The notes beneath the pieces were generated by a model that saw only the letters and a program-made list of their open reading frames with translations, made no database searches and had not been told where the DNA came from. A stretch of 64,000 nt of DNA, from the NCBI GenBank assembly GCA_044892505.1, contig CM097882.1:432636001-432700000 (forward strand), written 5' to 3'. Position numbers and translations under genes: made by a program. Origin of the DNA: Schmidtea nova. Lineage: Eukaryota. Below are positions 1 through 12,679 of this stretch, piece after piece. The first letter of the stretch is position 1; each line of letters begins with the position of its first letter.

Positions 1-2295
1 GTGCAATTTAGCGAGTTTATTAATTTCGGGCTTCAATGTTGTTAGCGACATACGCAGATCGCCTCTTTGCACAACATCAAGGCGGTTACGTGCTTTTGAG
101 AGGAGATGCATAACTCGACTAAATCCAGATTCAACCAAATGAGAAGTGGGAAATGCAATGAAATATAACCTAGATTTCTCCCATAACCGTGGAAATGTAC
201 TGACTATTTCATTGCAGATCCAGAAATTATCTTTATTTAATTTAAATCTAACTTGTGCATTAATATCACTTTGCAAGTCCACAAGACTTTCTTGCAGTTC
301 GATATTGATATCAGCTGCATTCACACTAAATGGATTTATCACCCAATCTGGAATATTTAAATTAATAATATTAATAAATCTAACTCGCATATCCTCACGA
401 AGCTGTTTCAAATGATTAATATATTTCCAAATCATCATCTTGTATTTCATTTGAAATTGTGACGAATGATGAAAATTGCGCTAACTCACGACGACCAATT
501 TTTGTTATGAAAAGATTCAGCTTTCCCAAAAAAGCATAAATTACTTTTTTACACGTTATGAGATTACAATTTTTTCCTTGTAACTGTTTGTTTAATAAAT
601 TAAGTTTTTCAAATATATCTGATAAATAAAATATATCACATTTTACACTAACTAGCTCCTCTCCGAATTCTGCATCTTTCATGAAAGATATAATACTATT
701 CCAAAACACAACAAACCGTTTTAAACTATTGCCCTTCGATAACTACCGAACTTCTGTGTGTAATTGGAGGCGCTCAAAGCCTTCCTCATTTTCTTCACAT
801 AGTTGTCTGAAAATGCGATCTCGAAGTGGACTTGATTTAATGAAATTTATTGTTTTTATTACAAGATTAAGAGACTCATGTAAACGCCCTCCTAACTTTT
901 TTGCAACCAAATGTTGACGATGAATTACGCAATGTATACAAAAAATATTTGGCACATCATTCTTCAGATATGTGATAAATCCTTGATATTTACCAACCAT
1001 TGAAGCAGCCCCATCGGGTGCATATGCTAGTATATTTTCAAGCGGGATATTTTTCTCTATAAAATTTTTTTAAACTTGATATATCTTTTCATCTTTTGTG
1101 TCAGTTTTAAGTTTTCTGGCAAAGAGCATTTCTTCAATAAATTTGTCATTATCTTGAAATCTAACATACGCCATTAATAGAGCTTCACTATCACGTATAG
1201 AAGATTCATCTAATTGCAGGGCAAACTTCTTAACTTGCAAATGAGCAATTAGTTGTTTTTCCACATCATCTGCCATTTCATCGATACGCCTTGATACTGA
1301 AGAATTTCTCAAAGGAATGACTTGAGTAATTGCATTTGGGTTATGATTCATGACCCTTGAAATAACAATAGACTCTGATGGCAAAATCAAAGATTCAACA
1401 ATAGTATGTTCTCTTCCAACTTTTGCAATTAACTGCGAAATCTCATAAGAAGCAATTAATCCATTGTCAATCATCGATGACTTTTCATTAAATAGTTGTA
1501 AAATTGTTTTTCTTGATCGAAAATCATCTCGAAGTTTTTAAAAAAATTCAACTGGCTTGTCTTTTTTGTCTTCATGTGTAGTTTCTAAATGTTTTCGTAA
1601 TTTGCATGGTCGCATACTCTCGTTTGATAATACAGCCATACACAATAAACACAGGTTTTTTTATATCTACTGTCGATTGAATAAATCCATACGCGAGATA
1701 ATCGATAGAATATTGTCGACATTTTTTAGTCCTTCTACTCATGGTTATCTAAAAAAATATTTTTATTTTAATAAAATTTGCTATTAAAGTGATTTAAAAA
1801 ATCTCATTGGTCTTGAATTACATATGCATACATATGTAATAAGAAAAAAACATATGTAATAAGAACATTACAATAAAGATAAAATCGCAAATTTATAAAA
1901 ACTTACAATTTGAAGAAAATTATAATTCACTGTTGAAAGATCGAATTGTTCTACGTCTAAACTCAAAAAGTGTCAAAACTTGACTAACAATAGCAAGAAT
2001 GTGCTTTGCGAACACGTGCAAGATTCAACTTGTCTTTGTTTACGCAATACAAACGCACAGTCAAAAGAAATAAATATATTTAATATTATATTACCTGTGT
2101 GTATTATAATTATTATATTTAATTATATGAATGGTGTGACAACTAAATCTTTCTGGCTCAATTTTTTCAATTTAATTTACTTATAATATTTTATTATTTA
2201 GTTTGAGCTGTGGCCCCCTAGAGTTTGCTATGGCTCCCCAAAAGTTTATTTTTGACCCGTGGCCCCCAGGGGGCCATATGGCCCCAGGTTGAGAA
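1..2295 (-). mobile_element. hAT (Buster/ZBED8-like) DNA transposon, transposase broken by stops and frameshifts; 3' end outside window
   Basis: Minus-strand pieces from ATG at 1742 (MSRRTKKCRQYS..., LQLDES, TDGAAS region, IHCVIHRQHL, C-terminal PTSHLVESGFS). Left terminus reads TTCTCAACCTGGGG at 2295-2282, a typical Buster TIR lacking its outer bases. Confidence 0.9.
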
Positions 2296-2610
2296 ATTAA
2301 AATTAATTAAAATTAAAAAGAATATCATAGAAAATAAGAAATTAATTTAAATAATTGAATAAGTACAAAAAGTTTAAAAAGCAAGTAAAAATTAAAAAAG
2401 CCTAAACAAATTTACAAGCGAGAAGCCTAAAATTTAAATTCTAAGAATAAACATACAATTCAAGTCATGATTGAAAAGCCTCAAAAATAAAAGTTTCTAA
2501 TGAAAATTATAAAATTTCAAGTTAAAAGTCTAAAAGGTAAATTACAATTAAAACTAACGATAAAACTAATGAAAAATTATTTAAATTAATTCTAACAGAT
2601 TAATTATTAA

Positions 2611-2822
2611 TGTTGGGTCATGGGTGTGTTTAATTGGGTCTTAAATATATTACGGAGGCTGCACCTATGGCCTTACATAAAACAGCTAACCCACTCGTAT
2701 GTCCCTAACTAGCTAGGTTGGAACTGCATACGGTGGCTGAAAAATGATGGACACATGAGCTTCACTGCTGAAACTACTCTCCATTTATTTTCCTTAACGG
2801 GTTCTCGCTGCTGATGGAAACC
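2611..2822 (+). repeat. LTR-like terminus (TGTTGGG) plus structured motif A, copy 1 (degenerate)
   Basis: GTTGGAACTG...ATGAGC-TTCA/ctgc/TGAA-ACTACTC...ACGGGTT...CTGATGGAAA aligns with copies at 10.0, 28.4, 36.7, 46.7, 47.3 and 56.2/58.9 kb. Confidence 0.65.
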
Positions 2823-3099
2823 TTAAGCTATCACTCTTTAACTTTCGGTCCTACTGATACCTCCTGCCACACATTTCTCCCTTTCCTACGGTTGTCAATG
2901 TCCTTTTGTCCTCGGTGCCAACACAAACTCAAACGCTCTTTTATCTTTGACTTTTTAGGAAAAATAATTGCAACACTAGAAGTAAAAAAACACTAATATT
3001 ATTTACTGGATATTTTATTTATTTCAAAACAGCAATATTTCGTTCAGGAGTTCTAGATCCGACAGTCCATTCAAATGATCCACTTGGGCCGTCAGTTGT

Positions 3100-3438
3100 T
3101 TAGCGAATTCGCATTCTCCTTTTACGTAAATGGCCAAACGGGCTTATTATTGAGTTTGTCGGTGGTTGTGACGTAATCGAATTTGCGAATGAGTTTGATA
3201 CGAGCTGGGTGGACACATGGGATGTCGATGTTACGTCTTCACAATCGGCTCCAACTGAGACGCCGTGGGTCTCCTTGGCCGTCCACCTTCGGGCCGTAAT
3301 TGGTCTGATAAGTGCTCGGAGTTCGGAATCTATAAATGACTTTGTCACTGCGTTAAGACAATTTCGGAGCTCTCGCTGCGCTGTATCTAGCTCTTGCCTT
3401 GTGTCAGCCAACGTCCTTTGGCGGCGGGTATTCTTCAT
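3100..3438 (-). CDS. Coiled-coil accessory ORF family, copy 1 (probably N-terminally partial)
   Basis: ELDTAQRELRNCLNAVTKSFIDSELRALIRPITARRW plus a basic tail; homologous to ORFs at 5.7, 10.4, 47.6 and 59.4 kb. Confidence 0.6.
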   Translation of the reverse strand: MKNTRRQRTLADTRQELDTAQRELRNCLNAVTKSFIDSELRALIRPITARRWTAKETHGVSVGADCEDVTSTSHVSTQLVSNSFANSITSQPPTNSIISPFGHLRKRRMRIR

Positions 3439-5363
3439 GATTTAAAATAATATTATAAAGATTAAAAATTTAGATATTTAATGAAATTTAAGTCAGTGAG
3501 AATTCATCACGCTAGGCTCTCTTTCTTCATCAACCAGTTCTATTTTGTGGCCAAGTAGGACTTTTAGACAATTACCTACAAATCATTGGGTAATTGATCT
3601 ATTGGAATATGAGTGGGTATGAATACTTGAGTATTTAAACCTGGCACTTAAAACTTATATTGCTTTGAGTATATCAGTTACAACATAAGCATGGTACAGG
3701 AAACACGAATACTGCTATTCGCTTAACACAAGTACTTAATGCGATAAATTTAGCGGGAATAAAATTTTCAAAGTAATCAATTTTAATATACAAGTTGATC
3801 ATTCTTGTATATTAAAATCAATAATAATAAAGAAAATAATTAAGTAAAATAATACATTAAAAATAATTCGTTAAACAATAAAAATATTAAAATAATTAGA
3901 AGTAAAACATTAAAAGATAATTAAAGCTTTTAGTAATAAAAAAAATTAATAATAACAATAATTAAAAATAATTAACTTATTCTTATTAAAATAAATTATT
4001 ATAAAATTATTATTAAACACTAAAAAAATAATTCGTTAAAATTAAAATAGCAAAAATATTAATTCATTACTACTAATAATTATAATGATTAAAAATTATT
4101 AAATTAATGTTGTTATTACAAAATACTGAAGATTTTATTTAAATAAAAATTTATTTTAAAATTTTGTGTTTTTGTAGGAGTGATTTTTCATGTGAGATTA
4201 TTATGTATTTTTGTTTGCAATTTAATTCCTATAAGGTTAACATTAGAAATTTTTAATTTCGAGTCATTTTTAAATTTTTGAAATTGTGAGAGTCGAACCT
4301 TTTACGTAAGAATATGTCCGCGGACAACTGAAAACATTTGTAAATTATCGAAAAAAATAATTAATAATAAAGTTTTCGAAAAAATTTTCAAAAACAAAAT
4401 AAAATAAATCTTGAAATGTTTTCAGTATTACACCTTCAATTATAAAATAAAAATGTAATTGATTGCATAAAGGATTATGTAAGTATAAAGTGGCATTACG
4501 TATTTTGTAACCAACATTTTTTAGGGGGATAAACTGTATAATTATTACGCAATTTGTATAGTTTAGGGGAAATGACTTGTGCCAAAGTGCTCATTTCTCC
4601 CTACTTTAAATCATTATGATTATGTTGATATTTTCATCACATTAAAATTATACTTGAAAATATTAATAGATAATTAATTTAAATATAGATTTTAAATAGA
4701 ATTATTAGCGAAAGATATTTTGTCTAATTTTAATTTGACATTTTTAATAATTATAAATTTTTTAGGGGAGTTTAAAAATTTTTAAGGGAGGAGTATATAA
4801 AAATTCCGCTTTTTAAATACCCCTCCCGAAAAGGGGAGTTGGCCCAATTGGCTCAAATCTATATACACTTTATATTTTAAGTTTCTGAATCAGACAATAA
4901 ATAACAAATATATGCCTAGTTTAGTCAAAATCACCATGCAAGACTCCCAATTTGTGTATATTACAAATGAAGGTTTGATAATTTTCCGCCAATTCTTTTC
5001 ATTTTCAAACATATTTTATAAGGTTTATTAGGTTAGTTTCTCTTACTTTTGTACGAAATATTACCATATTGTCCTCGTCTAATAAGTTTGTTAGTTATAT
5101 TATTTATATTACATGATATTAAGGCTCTTTTAAAATTTTTATATTTCATAGATTTTGGCCTGATTGTTTTCTGGGGGTAAATTTTAGTTTATCAATGAGA
5201 GGAAATTATAATTTATTGGAGTTTTTTAATATTATATTGAATTTTAATCAATATTTAATTACTGAATATCTGAATTTTATCAAAGGCGTAGTTTATTGTG
5301 AGAATCTCGTATTGAACATTTTTTTGTGGAATGCTTTAACAGAATAATTTTTAGATATGATTC

Positions 5364-5505
5364 NNNNNNNNNNNNNNNNNNNNNNNNNNNNNNNNNNNNN
5401 NNNNNNNNNNNNNNNNNNNNNNNNNNNNNNNNNNNNNNNNNNNNNNNNNNNNNNNNNNNNNNNNNNNNNNNNNNNNNNNNNNNNNNNNNNNNNNNNNNNN
5501 NNNNN
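5364..5505. other. Assembly gap (N run)
   Basis: Run of N. Confidence 1.
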
Positions 5506-5708
5506 TTTTTTTATTCTTTTGTATCGTCTCCTTTTACAAAAAATGGAAAAACACTATTGAAAAATGATCTAAATTACTATTAGACAATCGAAATAAATGA
5601 CTTATTTTAAATTTATTTATTTATAACATGGTTATTTAGACTTATGTCTCTGAGAAAGACGAGTTCATTGATCAGCTGGTGGTTGGTAAACGAGGCTAAG
5701 AAATCAAG

Positions 5709-6103
5709 CTAGTCGTCAAACTCCTTCAGAATTCGAGCCTCCAATAGCCGTTTCTTGCGCCGAATTTTCTTTTGACTTGGCTTTGACCTTCGCCTCGCTT
5801 TGACTGGAAAGGATTCACTGCATTGGTACTGCATCATTTTTTTAATCGCCGGTTACAGGATATAGTAAATGAATCATCATGGCCAACTCTATCGATATAA
5901 GTACGGTTCAGTATTTCTTTGCAATTTCTGAGTTCCAGTTTCGTTGCATGTAGCTCGATTTGCAGTATTTCCTTCGCCTGTTGCATTCTCGAAATTTTTT
6001 GATGGAGTCCTTTCACATACGAAGAAGCGAAATAAGTCACTTCTAACTCCATTATGTGGTCTTGTAACTTCTGTCTCACTTGACCATCTAAAGTCTCATG
6101 CAT
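5709..6103 (-). pseudogene. Coiled-coil accessory ORF family, copy 2 (frameshifted before the basic tail)
   Basis: TYFASSYVK...ELHATKLELRNCKEILNRTYID; the tail ARRRSKPSQKKIRRKKRLL lies in another frame. Confidence 0.55.
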
Positions 6104-6469
6104 ATTAGAGCATTTTATCGCGTCTATTCATTTCGATGGTGTATTCATAATCTGGAATTATGTAATAATTTGACAAAAGTTTCTAGTTTTCATTATGCAG
6201 TTTATCTATTCAAAATCTCTCCTTTTCGTTTTCCACTTATTCATGAGATTTCCACAGTTGATACCAAAGTGATATTAAAAGAAAATATCCATGTCAAAAA
6301 AACACATTTAACACACGTTAATAATTTTTATTACACCTCATTTATTACACCAAAGTTATACTATTCCACTTCGTTGTACCACCTGAGTTTACCCGGTCTA
6401 AATCCAGGAGTATCTTCTATTTTATTATTACGAATTTCAGACAATTTCTGTAATTAATATTGGTACTCA

Positions 6470-7318
6470 TTGGCAAGTATTGCGTTCCCAGCCATACAAT
6501 TTTCTGGCATTTAAGCCATTATGTTTCCTCCGATGGGGTTATTCGCAGTTTTTATCCCGATTCTCATGAAGTCGACAAGGACATATCGTAATATTTTTTG
6601 GTATTTGCCACTAAATTGATTGAATCGGTTAGTAAGAGTTCATTACAAAGTGTTAGAAATAGTCCGTTCATCTGTGGAATTAAAAGGAAATATTAACACC
6701 TATCTATCAGATTTCGAGTTCGCCTTTGGTTGCCGCATAATTAAAGCTTGGATTGTCCCATTTTTTATTAGAATCTACTCAAGTTCAGACATTCGAACAC
6801 TAGCATTTTTCCAGTCACATATACCATAAGATTTCAGAGGAGGTAAAATGTGCCACATAGTTTGCAGCAACAACAAAATATTCTGTATTTCGTTGCTGAA
6901 TTTCCTGTGAATAATTTCTACATTGGAAATATGTCCATTGCGCTAAGCTATGGAAAATGTTCGTTTATTCACATCTAATAGAGAAAATTCTCCAATAGCT
7001 TTAGTCCCCTTTCAAAAAACCTAATCGAATGTCTGCATTTAAATGTCCTGAAAAAGTTGCTGTATCTTAAAATTTGTCATGCCAACTCATTCTTCATTTA
7101 TAGATATCTCAGCTTTATCTACCTGCAATATGTCAATATCTGTATATTTATCAAGACTAAGATAACAAGATTCGGCACTGCTCTCGTTGTACTTTTTCGA
7201 ATTTATTGCATTAATATCTTGACTTTCTTCTGAATTTGCCGAATTTTGCTGTTGTTGTACAAGAAATTGGTTGAAAAATCCTAATAATGCCAAAATCGCA
7301 AATTCGTTTTGGCGCCAT
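6470..7318 (-). mobile_element. Decayed hAT (ZMYM1/Tip100-like) transposase 5' fragment
   Basis: Starts MAPKR; TTF-type zinc-finger remnant RIFCCCCKLCG and GICDWKNASVRMSE across frameshifts. Confidence 0.5.
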
Positions 7319-7489
7319 GTCCACTACAATTGAAGTAAAAATTAAAATAAAATATGTGTATAGATCATCTATTGAAGCTGAAATAACATTTTAATTTAAT
7401 TCTAAATATATTCTCGTTCATACATATTCAGTTTCTTTCTATCGCGTGAGTTTTCTCTGAAGATTCTTTAATTTTTACATATAAAATAT

Positions 7490-8063
7490 CACTAGTAGAT
7501 AAAGAAACGAGGCTGGATGCTTGTAATCTACATATGTGTCTTCGGTAAAAAGTGGTATCCTGTTAATATAACAGTCCCTAAAAAAATTTCAAATATTATT
7601 TTGAAAAAGTGAATTGATGTCGATTATTTTGTGCTGCATATAGTACACTATTTCTTACATTGAGTTCTTGAATGTCAGTCATAAAGCATTTCGAAAATTT
7701 TTACAGGAGTTTTATATTCTAGCTTCATCATGTTTAGTTTACGTTGCTCGCATTTATTACCACTATAGGTACAAATAGAAAAACAAGCTCTTTTTCTCTT
7801 CCAGTCTGATAAAAAGCTTTTTCTTGTTTTAATTTCTTAGTTTGAGTCAGTTCATCAAATGGAATACCATGAATTTCAGCTGTTCCTGGAAAATTTATTG
7901 GAACAGTATCTTCTAGAACATTTTCATCCAAATCTTCTTCATTTGTTAACCCATTCACTACTATATGAACATAATCCTTTAGATTTGGATCATCGTTAAA
8001 ATTACATTAATTTTCTACGTAATCTTCAAGATCAATTATAGATTAAAATGTCTTCCTTCCCAT
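7490..8063 (-). mobile_element. piggyBac (PGBD-like) transposase N-terminal fragment, decayed
   Basis: GLTNEEDLDEN...FPGTAEIH, and SVLYAAQNNRHQFTFSK...FLGTVILTGYHFLP, resemble PGBD2/3-type N-terminal motifs. Confidence 0.7.
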
Positions 8064-9099
8064 TATGACACTGAAAAGGAGGTTTATTTTTATAATTTAA
8101 TGTATACTTCAATAATTAATATTTCCTTCAAATATTCACAAAATGAAAAAAATTAATACACACAAGTCAGATTATGCTTTATAAATAATCTATAATAACT
8201 TATTTATAATCTCAAAAATTTATGACATCTGTCAATTTAGTGTTGCTAGCAAAATATAAAGAAGTGTTCCATCTTTTTAGTTAGAAATTGGATTAAATTT
8301 TGTAAATTAATTAATTGATTCGTTAATAACATTAAAATTAATTAAATTGTTATCAATCAAATAACCCGATAATAATATTACTAAGCCACTAACTAAATGA
8401 AATGCAGCCTTACTTTTAAAAATCAATTAAATTTAGTTTTCTACCATAATTTTATCATCAATGAAATGCAACCAATTGATATTGGCTTGATCATCATCGA
8501 AATTAAATTATTTAAATTTATAAATTAATTTATATGATTTCTAAATTTTAATCAAATTTAAATAAACCAACCTCAAATTAATTAATTAAAATTAAAATTT
8601 CATGTATTTACAATCAATTAATTAATTAAAAATTTCTCAAAGAATATATTCGAATTTCTAATTCAATTTGTTGAACTTGGACTCCAAACACTGTTGTTTC
8701 TGTTGGTTTAAGTTTCGTGTAATAAATAATCAAATAAATAAGACAACATATATTAACAATATTATTTTATTAAACTTACAATGATTAAAAATTACAAATA
8801 GTAAATTAGAATTTCCGAAAATACATAGACGCAGTGACCCTCAAGCTAGATATCTATAATTTTTTAAAGTAGCGAAAGTTGGTTCTGCTGGTTTAACTAA
8901 CAAATCCACTCAACGATGATATGTAAAAGAATTGGGGTTACCGTGAGTATTCGCTGTCTATACAATGTCATAAGTAATGGTTATATCGTTTCATAGAATA
9001 CCCTATGATAATTTCAGTGAATTTCATAAGTGATACTAGTATTTCGAAGAAAAATTCACTATCAAAAAATATTTTAAAAAAATTGTATAGCACAAAAAG

Positions 9100-9580
9100 G
9101 TCAATGCTATTTGATTGATCCTGCACACACTTTCTGTAAAGAATATTTAGAGATTGCTGATTGCATTTCGAATTCTAAAGGAAGAGTGTCAAACGATAGT
9201 TTTTCTTTAATATCTCTGACAAACTCTCTCTTGGCTGTAGTCACAAAACAGTGTCCTCTCTCCGTCATAACTCTTGTTAACAAACAGTTAAGTCTCCTGT
9301 TAAATAAATTTCAATAATATTATGAGATAAAGAATACTCATCGTAAATATTCATTGTATGGGTTACAACGTCTCCAGAATCTAAAACAATAATAGTTGTT
9401 CCTACATATGCATAAAAAATTAGCAGAGCTTGAACAGAAGATACACATATAGTTAGAGCATTGAAAAGTTCAAATAGGAGTAGAGTCATCTTTCCTTTCT
9501 CGACCTTTCATTCAAACAAATCATTTCTTTTTCCAACAGCTTTTCGATATAATTCCTAAAGAAATTACATCTCTTTGATT
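9100..9580 (-). pseudogene. act: Highly diverged, intronless actin pseudogene fragment
   Basis: KMTLLLFELFN...VQALLIFYAYVGTTIIVLDSGDVVTHT...IYDEYSL, then after a frameshift LTRVMTERGHCFVTTAKREFVRDIKEKL; collinear with actin. Confidence 0.82.
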
Positions 9581-9912
9581 TGCAATCAATGTAATTCTTG
9601 TAATTCAATCAATGTAATTACCTTCGACACTGTCAAAAATCTTTCCGACTCTTTTTTTATCATTATAATCATCGTTTAAATTTGTCAATTAATAATTTTT
9701 TAAAATGCATAAAAAAGCTATAATCCAAAAACCAAAACCTTTATTTTCTCAAATTACATTTTAAAATCTCTTATAACCAAAACCTAAAAAACAAAATTGA
9801 CTCGACTCAACAAAACAAACTTGATTAATCATAATTAAGAAAATTATAAAAATAACAACAAAATCTAAAAGATTTTATTTTAATCCAAATATTTATTTTT
9901 GGATTGCTGGTT

Positions 9913-10130
9913 TGTTGGTTGGTATTTAAACAGGTATTTAATTTGGTGTTACTATTAGGGCAATCCCACCAACATAAAAAGATTCTCCCCGCTGATGCCC
10001 ATGACTCGCCCCTAATTGCTTGTCGTGTTGGTACTGTATCTAGCGTTGTAGACTAACAAGGCAGGTGAGCAACCTTGATGGTTACTATTCCCTTGTTAGA
10101 GCTACGGGTTCACCACTGCCGATAGAAGGC
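9913..10130 (+). repeat. LTR-like terminus (TGTTGG) plus structured motif A, best-folded copy
   Basis: Stem CTAACAAGG(10053-61)/CCTTGTTAG(10091-99) encloses CAGGTGAGC-AACC/ttgat/GGTT-ACTATTC; then ACGGGTT and hairpin GCC-GATAGAA-GGC. Confidence 0.75.
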
Positions 10131-10408
10131 CTGTGTGGATTTGTTACGGTCCCAATTATATTCATTTACGATATTCAATTGCGTCTAGGATTTTTTTTTA
10201 ATTTTCATTTCGGTTCCCGGTCGAATGTATTATTTAATTCCCCTATAGGACATCATTCATCATTCATGCATTCATCTTATCATTCATTTCTCATCAATAC
10301 AGAAGAACAATTCAGGTCTTTTTGTATACATTTATTTAACCTAATAACACACTAGGATTTATCACCTTCATTAGCTGACTTTCTGACAAACCCGCTAAGG
10401 AAATCCAC

Positions 10409-10906
10409 TTAAATACCCATCCTCTCAGCAAAAGCTCGTCTTTCGCACCGTGTCTTTGCTCCTAAACGGTTACGCTTCTTAGTTTTGGTTACTGGGTTAC
10501 TTGATTCTTTCAGATTCGGCCTTGTGTCCCTCACGTCCAGTGTTGTCGAATTTATACCCTCGGTCTGAGTCTCAGCGCTTGCGTTCCTAGGTGGTATCCA
10601 TCGGTCGAACGTACTCACCCGAATTTGATCTTTCAAGTGCCTAGATACGAATTCCATCGTGACTGCTCTCAAACATCGGTTCAATTCAACCTTAGTGGCT
10701 GCAAATTCCATTGACTGTTCCTCTAATGCACGATGCGAGCGGTCTTTTGATTTCAAGATTTCCTTCACCGTACTGGGGCGAAGCCACTTTCGTTTTATCT
10801 CTTTCAATTCGGATCCTTGCCGTTCTATTGTTGCTTCAAGCAATCTTACTCGACGAACTAATTGATTCCTCTTGTCTGTGGCGATGTCACTCTCAAGGAT
10901 ATTCAT
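10409..10906 (-). CDS. Coiled-coil accessory ORF family, copy 3 (intact, 165 aa)
   Basis: Heptad-like N-terminus, EFAATKVELNRCLRAVTMEFV...IRVSTFDRW, basic C-terminus; 3' splice site TTAATTGTAG 1 nt before the ATG. Confidence 0.7.
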   Translation of the reverse strand: MNILESDIATDKRNQLVRRVRLLEATIERQGSELKEIKRKWLRPSTVKEILKSKDRSHRALEEQSMEFAATKVELNRCLRAVTMEFVSRHLKDQIRVSTFDRWIPPRNASAETQTEGINSTTLDVRDTRPNLKESSNPVTKTKKRNRLGAKTRCERRAFAERMGI

Positions 10907-11159
10907 TCTACAATTAAGTTTTTAGATGAATTATGATTTTGTTACAAGATTCAGTTCTGCACATTCACTCCCTTTTCCACATGCAATCTACTATGGCCGT
11001 CTCACATCGCATTAACCATTCAATATTCACCTTCAGCTACTACCATCATCATCACTTCGACAGACATTTGACATGCTAACATACAATTTCATGGGAATTA
11101 AGACATTACAACACTAATCGTTTATTTTTAACTTATTACACATTAACTATGACTGCACT

Positions 11160-11620
11160 GACGCGTCATCCGTATCATGAAGATTTGAGCTCGGTTACCA
11201 ACGGTTCCATGATCCAATATTGGATGAAGTCAGTCATCCCACAAGGCTCCATCTTTGCGGTAAAATACCAGGTTTGGTTTCCAACATAAGACTTCTTTGT
11301 AAATAAATACTTCGTTCCATTGTATCTGTCGAGCCCACATCGACCTCGTTTGCCAGTCATCCAAAAACTCGCAGGGCAAATTCGTATAGCCCATCTATTT
11401 TCCGGTCCGAATGTTCCGGGGCTTATCGAGGAGGATGGATCCGAGACGCCTTAACTCTCGCATGTCGATTGGTTTCAGTATGAGGATTCATCTAGGCAGT
11501 CCTTCATCGCTCAAGAATTCGATAAACCACTTGGACTGGCGAGTTCTACGGCCGCCTCCGATACTTGGCCATTGGGCGTCTCCCTCCATCTAATATTAAT
11601 CATTGAACAATCCATCAACT
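11160..11620 (-). pseudogene. Decayed ORF of unknown family
   Basis: Higher-GC stretch that reads as protein through isolated stops (WFIEFLSDEGLPR*ILILKPIDMRELRRLG...); no family recognised. Confidence 0.3.
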
Positions 11621-12679
11621 CGAACGGAGCTGTTCGTTTAAACTCCCTTTTCCAATAACGAGTATGCCTGACAGTCTCGGCCCGTACTTCCTCGGAAACG
11701 CCTGGGAGATCTCGGACCCTCGCTCTGGCCCTCGTCGTGTTATTAATCTATTCCTCGATCTCGTCTTGTTTAAACGTCTGGAGGACATGCTGAAAACAAA
11801 TAGATGGTGTTATTTAAGATCATCTTGGGCGCTATCATCCCCTGTCGGTTTCCACATCCATACTCATCAAGCATCCCCTTAGATCATTCATAACAATCAG
11901 GCAACCTCGTCCCTTTCACCCGGTCAGGCTGTCATTCATACCAGCGTCATAATTTTATTCATTCATCGACTGGTGTTGCGTTTTCATTGAACCGTGAGTC
12001 GATAGTTACGTGGTCTAACAATCACTGAACATCAGTCGCGACCCAACGTGATCCGTTATTTATTGGTTATTATATTTGCTGTTAGTCTGATTCTGCTATG
12101 TTGACAATTTGATTTGTTATCAAACTCCTGGATCTCTTCATTAAATCGATAACAATGCCATCATCATCCGCAAAATGTCAATCATTCAAACAATCGCTCA
12201 ATCCCATATATTCACTTATTTCAGTCAATGAATGTTATTCTACGTATTCTTCCATCATACAGCATCTCAGACAACTCTATCATCGTTCCATTTCATTCAT
12301 GCACTTCTAATCCCTTCTCTAAATCTCGAGGGATATCGGAAAATCATGTTGCTCATGTATTCTCAGTGTTAACGGTTCTTAGGTGCTTGCATTAGATTCT
12401 GTGCCTGTAAACATCTCATCGAATTCTGTTTCGCCTCTAGCAACTATGACTCTTTGTGTGGATTATAGCTAATCCATCTGAGAACTTGTTACTGTTTTCA
12501 TTTATGTCAATAATGATCCTCTGGGTGACTCTATGTACAACCCCACCCCGAAAAGTTAGGGCTCCTACGCCGCATCGGCCAACTTTCGCCCGTCGGGTCC
12601 GGAGATGGTCGGGACGTTACCTTATTCCATTTATTACATCCAAATATATGAGGGTTTAAACAATAATGAAGTAAAACAC

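Noticed and set aside
146-917. Short ORFs antisense to transposases and other genes (e.g. 146-415, 681-917, 10659-10917, 17284-17846, 57954-58259)
   Set aside because: Shadow frames of real coding sequence on the other strand.
4500-4860. TTTTAGGGG repeats and a short inverted repeat
   Set aside because: Not a telomeric array, and no definable TIR/TSD pair.
5326-5583. ORFs spanning N-gaps (also 16718-17033 and 38799-39137)
   Set aside because: Artefacts of translating N runs.
10062-10130. Motif A as a hammerhead or HDV-like ribozyme (CAGGUGAG resembles CUGAUGAG; CC-UUCUAUC-GG resembles HDV P3/L3)
   Set aside because: No GAAA after stem II for a hammerhead; no P1, P1.1 or P2 partners or catalytic-C context for HDV.
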